This document shows, in pieces, positions 1 to 9,222 of a DNA stretch of 64,000 bases. Numbering within the stretch: position 1 is the stretch's first letter; each line of letters begins with the position of its first letter. The position numbers were made by a program, and so were the translations under genes. This DNA comes from Bdellovibrionales bacterium (GTDB taxonomy: Bacteria > Bdellovibrionota > Bdellovibrionia > Bdellovibrionales > UBA1609). The notes under the pieces were generated by a model. That model had not been told where the DNA came from and did no database searches. It saw only the letters and a list, made by a program, of their open reading frames with translations. The stretch lies in NCBI GenBank assembly GCA_965205945.1, contig CBDBIB010000003.1, positions 608,394 through 672,393 on the forward strand, given 5' to 3'.

Positions 1-585
1 TAATTCAATAGAGGAAGGTGGGGAAGGGGAATAGTAAAGCGTATAGCATATGTATTTTTTGGGTTTAAAAAACATTAAAAGCGCATACTTAAGATTTTAA
101 AGCGCTTAGTGAAAGGGTAAAAAAAGAATACTAAACTAATGTGAGTTTTTTTAGTGGGTGTAGGGGTTATGTTTTAAAAAAGGTAATGTTAAGAGTGTTT
201 GCTTAATAATAGGGTTGCACTTAGTTATCTACGTTGGATTTTGGAATGATGCAAATAAAGAGTTCATGCTTTAAAAGATTTTATTAAAAAGATTACTATT
301 TACTTTAAATTTAAAACCCTAAAAAAAATAAATATTTTAAATTTAGATATGAAACAGGTTTTGTGTAAGAAAAGCTTTTTATACAGGTTTATTTTTTAAA
401 AGAGGTAAATTTTAATATAGAGTAGAAGATATTTTTTAATTTTAAGTGCTAAAAGTTTTGAATCAAATAGAGCGTATTTTTAAAAATTCACCCAAGAGTT
501 TTAGTGGTTTTAAACTTAGAGATTAAACTATTTTTTAAAAACAGTTAAGAAAGGGTGTTTTTAAAAGAGGGGAGTTGTAGTTTTA

Positions 586-3012
586 GTGGCAATTAAGATT
601 TTATTTTTTGTTGCTTTTTTTATGCCGAGTGCTATGTTTGCTCACTCTATTTCTAATCATATCTTTAAGAATGTACAAAAACATGTTTTAAATAATGAAA
701 ATAAGAAAGCTTTAGATTATTTAAGGAATTATTCAGGTGAATTAGAGGGTATTGATAAGCTTTTAGCAAAATATGTACAGGGTGTTTTAAATATTGAGCT
801 TGGTGAGTACGAAAAAGCAGAAAAAAATTTTAATCAAACTGATGGCGTTAAAGAGCTGAGCGTATATATAGAGTACTACAGAGCTGTTATTGATTATAAT
901 CAAAAAAAAATTTTAAAAGCAGAAGTGCATCTTAAGAAAGCTTTAAAAGAAAAAAACATTCAAAATTCTTTGTTACAAAGAATAAATTATTTATATGGTC
1001 GAATAGATTTAAAAAATAAAAAAGGACGAGCTGCATATAAAAAATTAAATCCACTTTTATACTCATGGAAAGGTGCTTCAACAAAGGCAGAGTTGTTAGA
1101 GGAGCTTTTGTTAGTGTCTATTCAAAAAGGACTCTTTAGTAAAAAATATTATTGTAAATGGTTTAAGGATTTATATATAAATCATCCCCTAAATAAATAT
1201 TCTTATGAGTGGGGGTTTAAAGATAAAAACTTATTGTTTGAAGGTAAAAAGATAAGGTGTAGTTTAACTTTAAAAAACATGAGATCTAAACTTAAACGTT
1301 ATTATCTTCAGGGGCTAGATAAAGAAATCCTTAAACATTTAAAAGAGATTAAAAATAATAAATATACATATGCAAGACTATTGTCTAGCTATTATTATTA
1401 TATTGGGAAGCCTGATAGATCATTAACAGTTATATTTAAAACTAAAAAAATTGAAGAAAATTATGATGAAAAAATTAGAATAGCAAAAGTCTTATACTAT
1501 GCTGGACAACCAGAAAAAACTCTTTCTGTTTATAAAGAGCTTTATAAGAAAGAAAAAACATATAGAAAAAAAGCAAGTCTTTTGTTTAAGCTTGCAAATT
1601 TAAATTTAGAGCTTTCAAACTTTAAAACTGCTCAGTTGTATTTTCAGAGTCTTTTAAAAGATTATGGAGGATCAACTTATGCTAAAAAAGCTCAATGGTT
1701 ATTTCCATGGAGTATGTATTTAGGTAAAAAATATCAAGAAGCATATTTAAGTTTTGTGATGCTTGGTGAAAAAATAAAAAAGAATTCTAAGCGATTTAAA
1801 CATGTTGATAAAAAAAAGGTTTACTATTGGGCCGCTAGATCTTTAGAAAAATTAGGTGAAGAAAGCAATGCTGTTTTAATATATAAGCAACTTATTATGG
1901 ATCCGTTAGTTTCCTATTACTCTATTCTTTCGGCCTTAAGATTAGAGGATATTGCTAAGAAAAATCAAATTTTGCTCACTACAAATAATTTTTTAAGGCT
2001 TGCTTGGGCTGATAAAAAGAAAAATATTTTAACTAGGCGCGATCTTTTTTTAGAAAGTTTTAAGCCTTTAACACGTATACCCTCAACACTTTATATAAAA
2101 ACAGGGTTAAAAGATATGGCATTAATAGATTTAAAATCTTTTTTTCCAAAAGATGAAGTTAAAGATGTACCTTTAAAAGAGTCAGATTACTTTTTATATA
2201 TGCAACGCTATACTTATTTAGCTAGAATGGGGTTTTGGAATGACGCAAATGAAGAACTTGTTGTTATTAAAGAACTTTCAAAAACTAAAGGCTTAAAAGA
2301 AAAACTATTAGGACTTTTTCAAAATACAAGAGATTTTAGTAATCTTTCAAAACTGGCTTCTACGTCATTTTATAAAGAACATTATTTTTCTAAGCCTAAA
2401 AGAGCGTATAAATTTTGGTCTAAATCATATCCTAAAGCTTACGAAAAACATGTTTTAAAGATGTCTAATTTATTTAATGTTTCTAAAAATTTAGTTTGGA
2501 GTGTAATGAGGGCTGAAAGCTTTTTTGATGCAAAAGCACTTTCTTCAGCTGGAGCTAGAGGGCTTCTTCAAATTATGCCATATACAGGGGCCAAAATTTT
2601 AAGCATTTTATCTGGTAAAAACCCTTTATTAGACAAAATTACTTCAGATCAACAAGCACATATTTCAAAAACGCTTTTAAAACCAAAAGTAAATATTCTT
2701 TATGGAACAAAATATTTAAGTAGGTTAAATAAACAGTTTAAAGGTTATTTACCCTTTGTTGTGGCAGCTTATAACGCAGGTCCACATAGAGTAAAGATGT
2801 GGAGTAAAATGATTGGTCAAATGGACCAGGATGAGTTTACTGAGCGAGTGCCGTTTAAAGAGACAAAATCTTATATTAAAAAAGTAATGCGCAATATGTT
2901 TGTCTATAGCTCTTTATATGGCAAAGAGGCTAGTATGTATTATTTAATTAAACCCACAGCCTATATAGAAGTAGGAGAAGCTCCAACAGCAGAATATTGG
3001 GGTAAATTTTAA
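586..3012 (+). CDS. slt: Slt70-like soluble lytic transglycosylase with N-terminal TPR/helical repeats
   Basis: Signal peptide; C-terminal SLT motifs MRAES (catalytic Glu), GARGLLQIMP, AAYNAGP, ETKSYIKKV. Confidence 0.88.
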   Translation: MAIKILFFVAFFMPSAMFAHSISNHIFKNVQKHVLNNENKKALDYLRNYSGELEGIDKLLAKYVQGVLNIELGEYEKAEKNFNQTDGVKELSVYIEYYRAVIDYNQKKILKAEVHLKKALKEKNIQNSLLQRINYLYGRIDLKNKKGRAAYKKLNPLLYSWKGASTKAELLEELLLVSIQKGLFSKKYYCKWFKDLYINHPLNKYSYEWGFKDKNLLFEGKKIRCSLTLKNMRSKLKRYYLQGLDKEILKHLKEIKNNKYTYARLLSSYYYYIGKPDRSLTVIFKTKKIEENYDEKIRIAKVLYYAGQPEKTLSVYKELYKKEKTYRKKASLLFKLANLNLELSNFKTAQLYFQSLLKDYGGSTYAKKAQWLFPWSMYLGKKYQEAYLSFVMLGEKIKKNSKRFKHVDKKKVYYWAARSLEKLGEESNAVLIYKQLIMDPLVSYYSILSALRLEDIAKKNQILLTTNNFLRLAWADKKKNILTRRDLFLESFKPLTRIPSTLYIKTGLKDMALIDLKSFFPKDEVKDVPLKESDYFLYMQRYTYLARMGFWNDANEELVVIKELSKTKGLKEKLLGLFQNTRDFSNLSKLASTSFYKEHYFSKPKRAYKFWSKSYPKAYEKHVLKMSNLFNVSKNLVWSVMRAESFFDAKALSSAGARGLLQIMPYTGAKILSILSGKNPLLDKITSDQQAHISKTLLKPKVNILYGTKYLSRLNKQFKGYLPFVVAAYNAGPHRVKMWSKMIGQMDQDEFTERVPFKETKSYIKKVMRNMFVYSSLYGKEASMYYLIKPTAYIEVGEAPTAEYWGKF

Positions 3013-3095
3013 GGTTTTTAGAGTTTAAATTAAGAACCCTCTTTGCAAGAAATCTTAATATGTGATTAAACCCTTCTTTATAAAAGGGGGCATAA

Positions 3096-4679
3096 GTGCT
3101 TAGGATTTTAATACTATTTATTTTGTTAATTCCACTTACGACGTCTTGTAAGAAAAAGAATTCTAAAGGGGACTTTGGGCTTAAGGTATCTGAAACATTA
3201 AGAATGAGGATTATCGGGGAGCCTCCAACACTAGATTGGCATAAATCAACCGACTCAACATCGAGTTTTTTAACTCAAAATATTATGGAAGGATTGGTGC
3301 AGTTTAAATACACTAGTGGTGAGGTTAGGTTATCACCATCTTTGGCAACAGAATGGAAGCCCTTAAAAGGCGCTAAGGTCTGGGAATTTAAAATTAGAGA
3401 GGGTATGAAGTGGAGTGATGGTCAACCTTTTGAACCTCAACATATTATTGATGGTTGGGAAAGGCTATTGAATCCTTTAACAGCGTCTCAGTACGCATAC
3501 TTTTTATATGGTATTAAAAATGCAAGAATGTATAATGAAGGTAAAATAAAAGATTTTAATCAAATTGGAGTAAAGCTTAAAGGAAATATTATTCGCGTTG
3601 AATTAGAAAAGGCAATGCAATTTCCATATCTTTTAACTCATGCCTCAACTTTTCCAATAAGAAAAGATATTGTAAATAAATTTGGTAATAAATGGACTGA
3701 TCCTAAAAATATTGTAACCTTAGGGCCTTATAATCTTATTAAATGGGATCATGATAAGGCTTTAATTATAGAAAGAAATCCTCTTTTTTTTGATAAACCT
3801 GCAAAGATTAAAAATATTATTTTTTATGTGATTTCAGAAACACAAACTGCTTTAAATTTGTTTGATGCAGGAAAAATTGATGTATTAAGAACGCTACCAG
3901 CTAAAGATCTTCCTATTTTAAGGGCAAGAAAAGAGTTTTTAGAGTATCCGGTGTTAGTCACTTACTATTATGGGTTTAACACCCAAAAAGCCCCTACGGA
4001 TAATGTGTTAGTTAGAAAAGCCTTATCTCATGCAATTGATAGGAATCAAATTACAAAGATGTTGCAAGGAGGGCAAAAGCCTTTAACAGGGTGGATTCCC
4101 CATGGAATGTTTGGGCACAATGGTGATGTAGGTTTAGCCTTTGATCCGATCAGGGCTAAGAAATATTTAAAAGATGCTGGATATGATGAAACAACCCCTT
4201 TTCCTAAAATTGAGCTGTCTTTTAACACCCTTGAAGATCATAAAAGAATTGCTGAAAATATTCAATCTCAATTAAAAGAAAATTTAGGTGTTATAGTTGA
4301 AATTAAAAATGAAGAGTGGAAGGTCTACTTACAAACTATAAGAGTCAATCCATCTCATATGTATAGAATGGGTTGGGTTGCAGATTATCCAGATCCAAAT
4401 AATTTTTTTGAGTTATTATTATCATATTCTGAGCAAAATCATACGGGTTGGAAAAATAAAACATTTGATAAAATAATCGAAGATGCTGTGGAGTTAGTTG
4501 ATAATAAGCCTAAGAGATTAGCTCTTTATTTAAAAGCACATCAAATTTTAGTAAATCAAGATGTTCCTGTTTTTCCGGTGTATACAAAGGTTGCTCATCA
4601 TCTTATAGCAAATAGGGTCATCTCTTTTCCAACTAATGTTATGGAAGAGTATAAGTTAAAAAAGACAAGTGTTCAATAA
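3096..4679 (+). CDS. oppA: Oligopeptide ABC transporter substrate-binding lipoprotein
   Basis: Lipobox LTTSC; EPPTLD, KWSDG, GPYNL and GWVADYPDP motifs of SBP family 5. Confidence 0.92.
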   Translation: MLRILILFILLIPLTTSCKKKNSKGDFGLKVSETLRMRIIGEPPTLDWHKSTDSTSSFLTQNIMEGLVQFKYTSGEVRLSPSLATEWKPLKGAKVWEFKIREGMKWSDGQPFEPQHIIDGWERLLNPLTASQYAYFLYGIKNARMYNEGKIKDFNQIGVKLKGNIIRVELEKAMQFPYLLTHASTFPIRKDIVNKFGNKWTDPKNIVTLGPYNLIKWDHDKALIIERNPLFFDKPAKIKNIIFYVISETQTALNLFDAGKIDVLRTLPAKDLPILRARKEFLEYPVLVTYYYGFNTQKAPTDNVLVRKALSHAIDRNQITKMLQGGQKPLTGWIPHGMFGHNGDVGLAFDPIRAKKYLKDAGYDETTPFPKIELSFNTLEDHKRIAENIQSQLKENLGVIVEIKNEEWKVYLQTIRVNPSHMYRMGWVADYPDPNNFFELLLSYSEQNHTGWKNKTFDKIIEDAVELVDNKPKRLALYLKAHQILVNQDVPVFPVYTKVAHHLIANRVISFPTNVMEEYKLKKTSVQ

Positions 4680-4694
4680 AGTGATAAGTTTAAA

Positions 4695-5777
4695 ATGAAA
4701 AGCTTTAATTTATCAAAAATATTTTTATTCATTATATTAATCACGATTTCATTTATTGTAGGGCTTAATTTATTAAATTATGAAGTTTCATACTTTTTAA
4801 GTGGAATATTTGCTGTAGAAATATTTAGTGGTTTAGTATTTTTTGCATATATTAACAATTCAACTATATATTGTCTTAAAAGAATTTTAGAGGCTATGGT
4901 GACTCTTTTTGTTATAGCAACTTTAACTTTTATTTTATTAAGATTCATTCCTGGAGGGCCTTTTGATACTGAAAAAGTTTTACCTCCAGAGATTAAGGCA
5001 AATATTGAAAAAAAATATGGTCTTGATCAGCCGGCTATAGTTCAGTATATGACTTATTTAAAAAAAACTGTCACCTTAAAGCTTGGTGAGTCATATAAAT
5101 ATATAGGCAGATCTGTCGGAGATATAATAGTAGAAAGCTTTCCGGCCTCATTTATTTTGGGTATTTACGCGTTTGCATTGTCGTTTATTATTGGAATACC
5201 ATTGGGGGTTTTTGCAGCATCAAGACACAACACATGGTGGGATACTATTGCTATGGGAGTTGCTATAAGTGGTGTTGCATTGCCTAACTTTTTAGTAGGC
5301 TCAGTTTTAATTATGATATTCTCATATTACTTAAAAGTTTTACCCCCAGCTATGTGGGACAGCTCGCTTCATTATATTTTACCTGTTGTGACTTTAGGGA
5401 TAAGACCTGCAGCATTTATAGCAAGGCTTACAAGATCTACGGTTTTAGATGTCATTAGAGCTGACTACATTAGAACCGCTAGATCTAAAGGTTTATCTGA
5501 ATTTACAATTTTATATAAGCATGTGTTAAAAAACTCTCTTATTCCAGTGTTGACGTATTCAGGACCTTTACTTGCAGGGATTCTTTCAGGATCGTTTGTA
5601 ATTGAAATTTTATTTGCTGTTCCTGGAATTGGTAAGTATTTGGTTCAATCAGTTACAAATAGAGACTATCCATTAATATTAGGCTTAACTCTTTTATATT
5701 CAGTATTGTTAGTGTTGAGCAACCTTGTTGTTGATTTATTATACTCATTTTTTGATCCAAGAATTAGATTGGCTTAA
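4695..5777 (+). CDS. oppB: Oligopeptide ABC transporter permease with extra N-terminal TM segments
   Basis: PGGPF, YGLDQP, EAA-like loop DYIRTARSKGL, C-terminal DPRIR. Confidence 0.93.
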   Translation: MKSFNLSKIFLFIILITISFIVGLNLLNYEVSYFLSGIFAVEIFSGLVFFAYINNSTIYCLKRILEAMVTLFVIATLTFILLRFIPGGPFDTEKVLPPEIKANIEKKYGLDQPAIVQYMTYLKKTVTLKLGESYKYIGRSVGDIIVESFPASFILGIYAFALSFIIGIPLGVFAASRHNTWWDTIAMGVAISGVALPNFLVGSVLIMIFSYYLKVLPPAMWDSSLHYILPVVTLGIRPAAFIARLTRSTVLDVIRADYIRTARSKGLSEFTILYKHVLKNSLIPVLTYSGPLLAGILSGSFVIEILFAVPGIGKYLVQSVTNRDYPLILGLTLLYSVLLVLSNLVVDLLYSFFDPRIRLA

Positions 5778-5787
5778 GGGAACTTGT

Positions 5788-6690
5788 ATGAGCGAAAATA
5801 AAATTTTAAAAAATATAGAGTCAAAAAGTCTGTGGGGAGATTCTTTTTTTAGATTAAAAAAAAATAAGGCTTCAATGCTATCATTTTATTTTGTATTTTT
5901 AATTTGTTTAGTAGCTTTATTTGCTAAATATTTAGCGCCGTATTCTTTTGAAACACAACATATTGATCATTTACTAGAAGCTCCAAGTTTAACATTTTTA
6001 TTAGGCACAGACAGTTTAGGTAGGGATGTTTTTTCAAGAATTATTTATGGAGCTAGAATGTCTATGTCCATAGGAATTTTTACGGCTCTAATCTCAATGT
6101 TTATAGGAACTATTTATGGGTGTATTTCTGGCTGGATTGGAGGTCGTGTAGATGCTATTATGATGAGAACTATAGATATTTTGATTTCCATACCATCAAT
6201 GGTTCTTTTAATTTTAGTGAAAGTTATTTTTGATTCAGTAAACTTTTTTCAAAACCCGGAGTTAAGAGCCTTAACGGGGATGCTGTTAGCGTTGAGTATG
6301 GTGGGCTGGGTTACCTTAGCAAGGGTTGTTAGGGGGCAGGTCTTGCAAGTTAAGGAGTTAACCTTTATTGAAGCGGCACAAGCTTTAGGATCTCCAGGAT
6401 ATAAGATTTTATTAAAGCATATTTTCCCTAATATTTTAGGGCCGATTGTTGTACTTCTAACCTTTCAGATTCCTTCAAATATTCTTATTGAGAGTTTTTT
6501 AAGTTTTATTGGATTGGGTTTACAACCGCCTTATAGCAGCTGGGGAGTGTTAGCGGCTGATGGCTGGCGCTCTATGAGATCCTTTCCACACTTAATACTC
6601 TACCCCTCAATTGCGTTAGGGCTTACTATGCTGGCTTTTAATCTTTTTGGAGATGGTTTAAGAGATGCATTCGATCCTAAAATGAAATAA
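5788..6690 (+). CDS. oppC: Oligopeptide ABC transporter permease
   Basis: LGTDSLGRD, FIEAAQALG, GDGLRDAFDPK; ATG at 5788 preferred over the ORF-track start 5725, which overlaps oppB. Confidence 0.93.
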   Translation: MSENKILKNIESKSLWGDSFFRLKKNKASMLSFYFVFLICLVALFAKYLAPYSFETQHIDHLLEAPSLTFLLGTDSLGRDVFSRIIYGARMSMSIGIFTALISMFIGTIYGCISGWIGGRVDAIMMRTIDILISIPSMVLLILVKVIFDSVNFFQNPELRALTGMLLALSMVGWVTLARVVRGQVLQVKELTFIEAAQALGSPGYKILLKHIFPNILGPIVVLLTFQIPSNILIESFLSFIGLGLQPPYSSWGVLAADGWRSMRSFPHLILYPSIALGLTMLAFNLFGDGLRDAFDPKMK

Positions 6691-6781
6691 TATCTGAATT
6701 TTTTTCAACTATAACCTTAATAATAGCTAATTTAAAGCAGATAAGATATTTTGTAGAGCGATTTAGATTAAGGATGTAAAT

Positions 6782-9214
6782 ATGTATGATAAAAAAAATA
6801 AGCTATTAGTATTAAAAACAGCTTTCTTTTGTTTCTTTATTTGTACAAACGTAAATGCAGCGATCACTTGTAAAAGTTTTTTAAGACAAGAAATCCCTCT
6901 TAAAAGTCTTGAATATTACTCAGCTCAACTTTCTAAGGAAATTAGTATTTCAAAAGCGATAGAGCCTAAATTTTTAGACCCAGTTAAAGAAATTAAACTT
7001 ACTAAAAAGTGGAGGGGAATAATAACGGGTGTTCCAAAGTCAGTAAGGTCAGTTCTTCATAAAGGAGCTAGAATATTAGATTATCAAGTTTTAACAGCCG
7101 ATAAAGATGCTGTGGTTAGAGCTTCTGCGGGAAAATTTACAAGTTTTAGATTTATTCATGAGTGGCGTGGCAAAGATATGTCTACTAATATAGGTCTTCC
7201 TATTTCTTCAATTTTTTTAAAAGCTTTAGAGAAGAAGAATGAAGGAAAGCTTGTTCCTGAAAATGCAGAGGCTGTTTTTATATTTATGCATGGTGGTGGT
7301 ACTAAGACTACCGGGCATCAAGTTGCTGCTAATATCACTAATTACTTAGAACAGTTTGGCGTAGTTGTACTTTCTATAGATGCTCCCTTTCATGCTTACG
7401 GTCCAAGAGTTCAGGATTTAAGTCCTAAAGAGTATTATGAATATTTAAGGGACTTTAGACATAAATATATACCTGCTAGAGTGGATACATTTATCGGTGG
7501 GCATAGCATGGGTGGTCTTCATGCTGATAATATCATGAGAATGTCTGATAATAAAGAGCTTAAAATGGCTGAAGCCTTTAAGGGGTTAATTAATTTATCA
7601 GGTCCAATGGATAGTGCACCAGGCAAGTCTGTTGGGGAGAAGGAAAAAGCTGCTAAAGAAATTAGCTCTAATAAGGAATTAATGAAATTAGTGCCTGCAG
7701 AGGAAAGAGATTTAATGACTACACTTCTTCTTCAAGGTAAATCTTCAGCTTTAAGTAGCTTAAGTGCAGAAACTTTTTCCATAGGTGTAAACTGGGTTAA
7801 GCCTTTGCATAATGGAAAAGATTACATTCCAACACTGGTCATTATGGGAGAAAGAGATGCTTTATATGTTGGGCAGGAAAAAATATTTGATGAGCATTTA
7901 ACTGCTTTACAAAATACAGAAACACATATCTTGGGTCAGAGAAAATCTTTAAAAGAGGAAAGAGATATTTGGGTTTCTCATATGATTTTTGATCATAAAA
8001 GACCTAAAAGCCAAGTAGATACAGGTGAAACATTTTTACTGATTAAAGAGTTTATAGAGACAACTTTAGGGAAGAAATTAAATAGTGAAGTCCCTTTTGT
8101 TGTTGCTTCTAAAGGAAAACAAAACCAGAATGCCACAGGGGCTCAAGCTGGACAAATTGTGAGTCAATTCATTCAAACTTATATTGGAAATTTAGCGTTT
8201 AGAAAATTTGCTCAGCAATATGTTATTACTGAAAAAAAAGCATCTTCTTTACTTAATGATATGAATAAAGAATCTCAAGAAAAATATAAAACTTTAAGTT
8301 TACTTAGAAGAGAACTTAAAATGCTTAAAAAATCTGATTCAAAATCTGAAAAAATTACTGAATTAGAAAAAACCATTAATGCTCAAGATGCTGAAGTTAA
8401 AATTTTAAAATCAAAGATTCAATCTAATTATATTCCTGAGAATGCAGCAGATAATGCTTTTGCTAAAATTAATATAGAGGAGCGAGAAAGGCTGAGAAAA
8501 AAAATATTTGAAAATAATGGGAATAAAAAAGCTCTTAAAGGTAAATTACGAGCCCTTCAAGAGCAAGTAAAAGATCTTAAAATTAAATCTGAAAGAGTTC
8601 TTGCTGAGGTTTTACATAGAGAAAATCATAAAAATAGAGAACTTGTATTAGCAAAAGATGCAATTCGGCTGTCGTTAAATAGACTGTTAAAGCTTCAAAT
8701 TCAAATGAATAAGCGTAATAGTGAAATAGTGAGAGCAAACCATGAAAAAGGTATTTCTAAAATTAACCCTCCAGCAGATCTTATTAAAATCTATGAAGAA
8801 TTAAATCAAGCCTATGCAGAGTATAATCAAGAAGTTACTAAGGGTAAAGAAATTGTAAAAAAACTTATTTTAGAGGGTGAATTTGGAGATGATTTTTTAG
8901 CTATTTATACCAAGCTTCATGGGGTAGGGCCAGAAAAAGGCCTCCTTAATGGTATTCATGAATTAAGAGTTGAGTTAGTTGAGATTGAAAAAAATCATGC
9001 TGATTTAAGTAAGAAAACTTCGGATCTATTAGTAGCTTATATTCATAGAATAACACCAGAACTCTATACTATAATTAAGACAACGGGGGAAAAGGAGCTA
9101 GATAGGCCGATTAATGAGCTTTTAAAAGACACTTCTGGACTTCAAAGTATTTGGGCTGTTTGGCTTCATATTTGGAGGGATCGCCCAGCTGAGCAGGGAG
9201 TATCTCTGTACTAA
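6782..9214 (+). CDS. Secreted alpha/beta hydrolase with long C-terminal coiled-coil region
   Basis: Signal peptide; FMHGGG oxyanion loop, GHSMGG nucleophile elbow, GERD and VSHM candidate acid/His; E/K/L-rich helical C-terminal half. Confidence 0.7.
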   Translation: MYDKKNKLLVLKTAFFCFFICTNVNAAITCKSFLRQEIPLKSLEYYSAQLSKEISISKAIEPKFLDPVKEIKLTKKWRGIITGVPKSVRSVLHKGARILDYQVLTADKDAVVRASAGKFTSFRFIHEWRGKDMSTNIGLPISSIFLKALEKKNEGKLVPENAEAVFIFMHGGGTKTTGHQVAANITNYLEQFGVVVLSIDAPFHAYGPRVQDLSPKEYYEYLRDFRHKYIPARVDTFIGGHSMGGLHADNIMRMSDNKELKMAEAFKGLINLSGPMDSAPGKSVGEKEKAAKEISSNKELMKLVPAEERDLMTTLLLQGKSSALSSLSAETFSIGVNWVKPLHNGKDYIPTLVIMGERDALYVGQEKIFDEHLTALQNTETHILGQRKSLKEERDIWVSHMIFDHKRPKSQVDTGETFLLIKEFIETTLGKKLNSEVPFVVASKGKQNQNATGAQAGQIVSQFIQTYIGNLAFRKFAQQYVITEKKASSLLNDMNKESQEKYKTLSLLRRELKMLKKSDSKSEKITELEKTINAQDAEVKILKSKIQSNYIPENAADNAFAKINIEERERLRKKIFENNGNKKALKGKLRALQEQVKDLKIKSERVLAEVLHRENHKNRELVLAKDAIRLSLNRLLKLQIQMNKRNSEIVRANHEKGISKINPPADLIKIYEELNQAYAEYNQEVTKGKEIVKKLILEGEFGDDFLAIYTKLHGVGPEKGLLNGIHELRVELVEIEKNHADLSKKTSDLLVAYIHRITPELYTIIKTTGEKELDRPINELLKDTSGLQSIWAVWLHIWRDRPAEQGVSLY

Positions 9215-9222
9215 AATGAGTT

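Noticed and set aside
1..585. RNA gene or ORF in the leading AT-rich region
   Set aside because: No tRNA-like structure, repeat or ORF of 60 aa or more recognised
6718..6744. TAAT-N15-GCAGATAA as a fifth sigma28 promoter
   Set aside because: Lacks the core CCGAT; too weak in an AT-rich background
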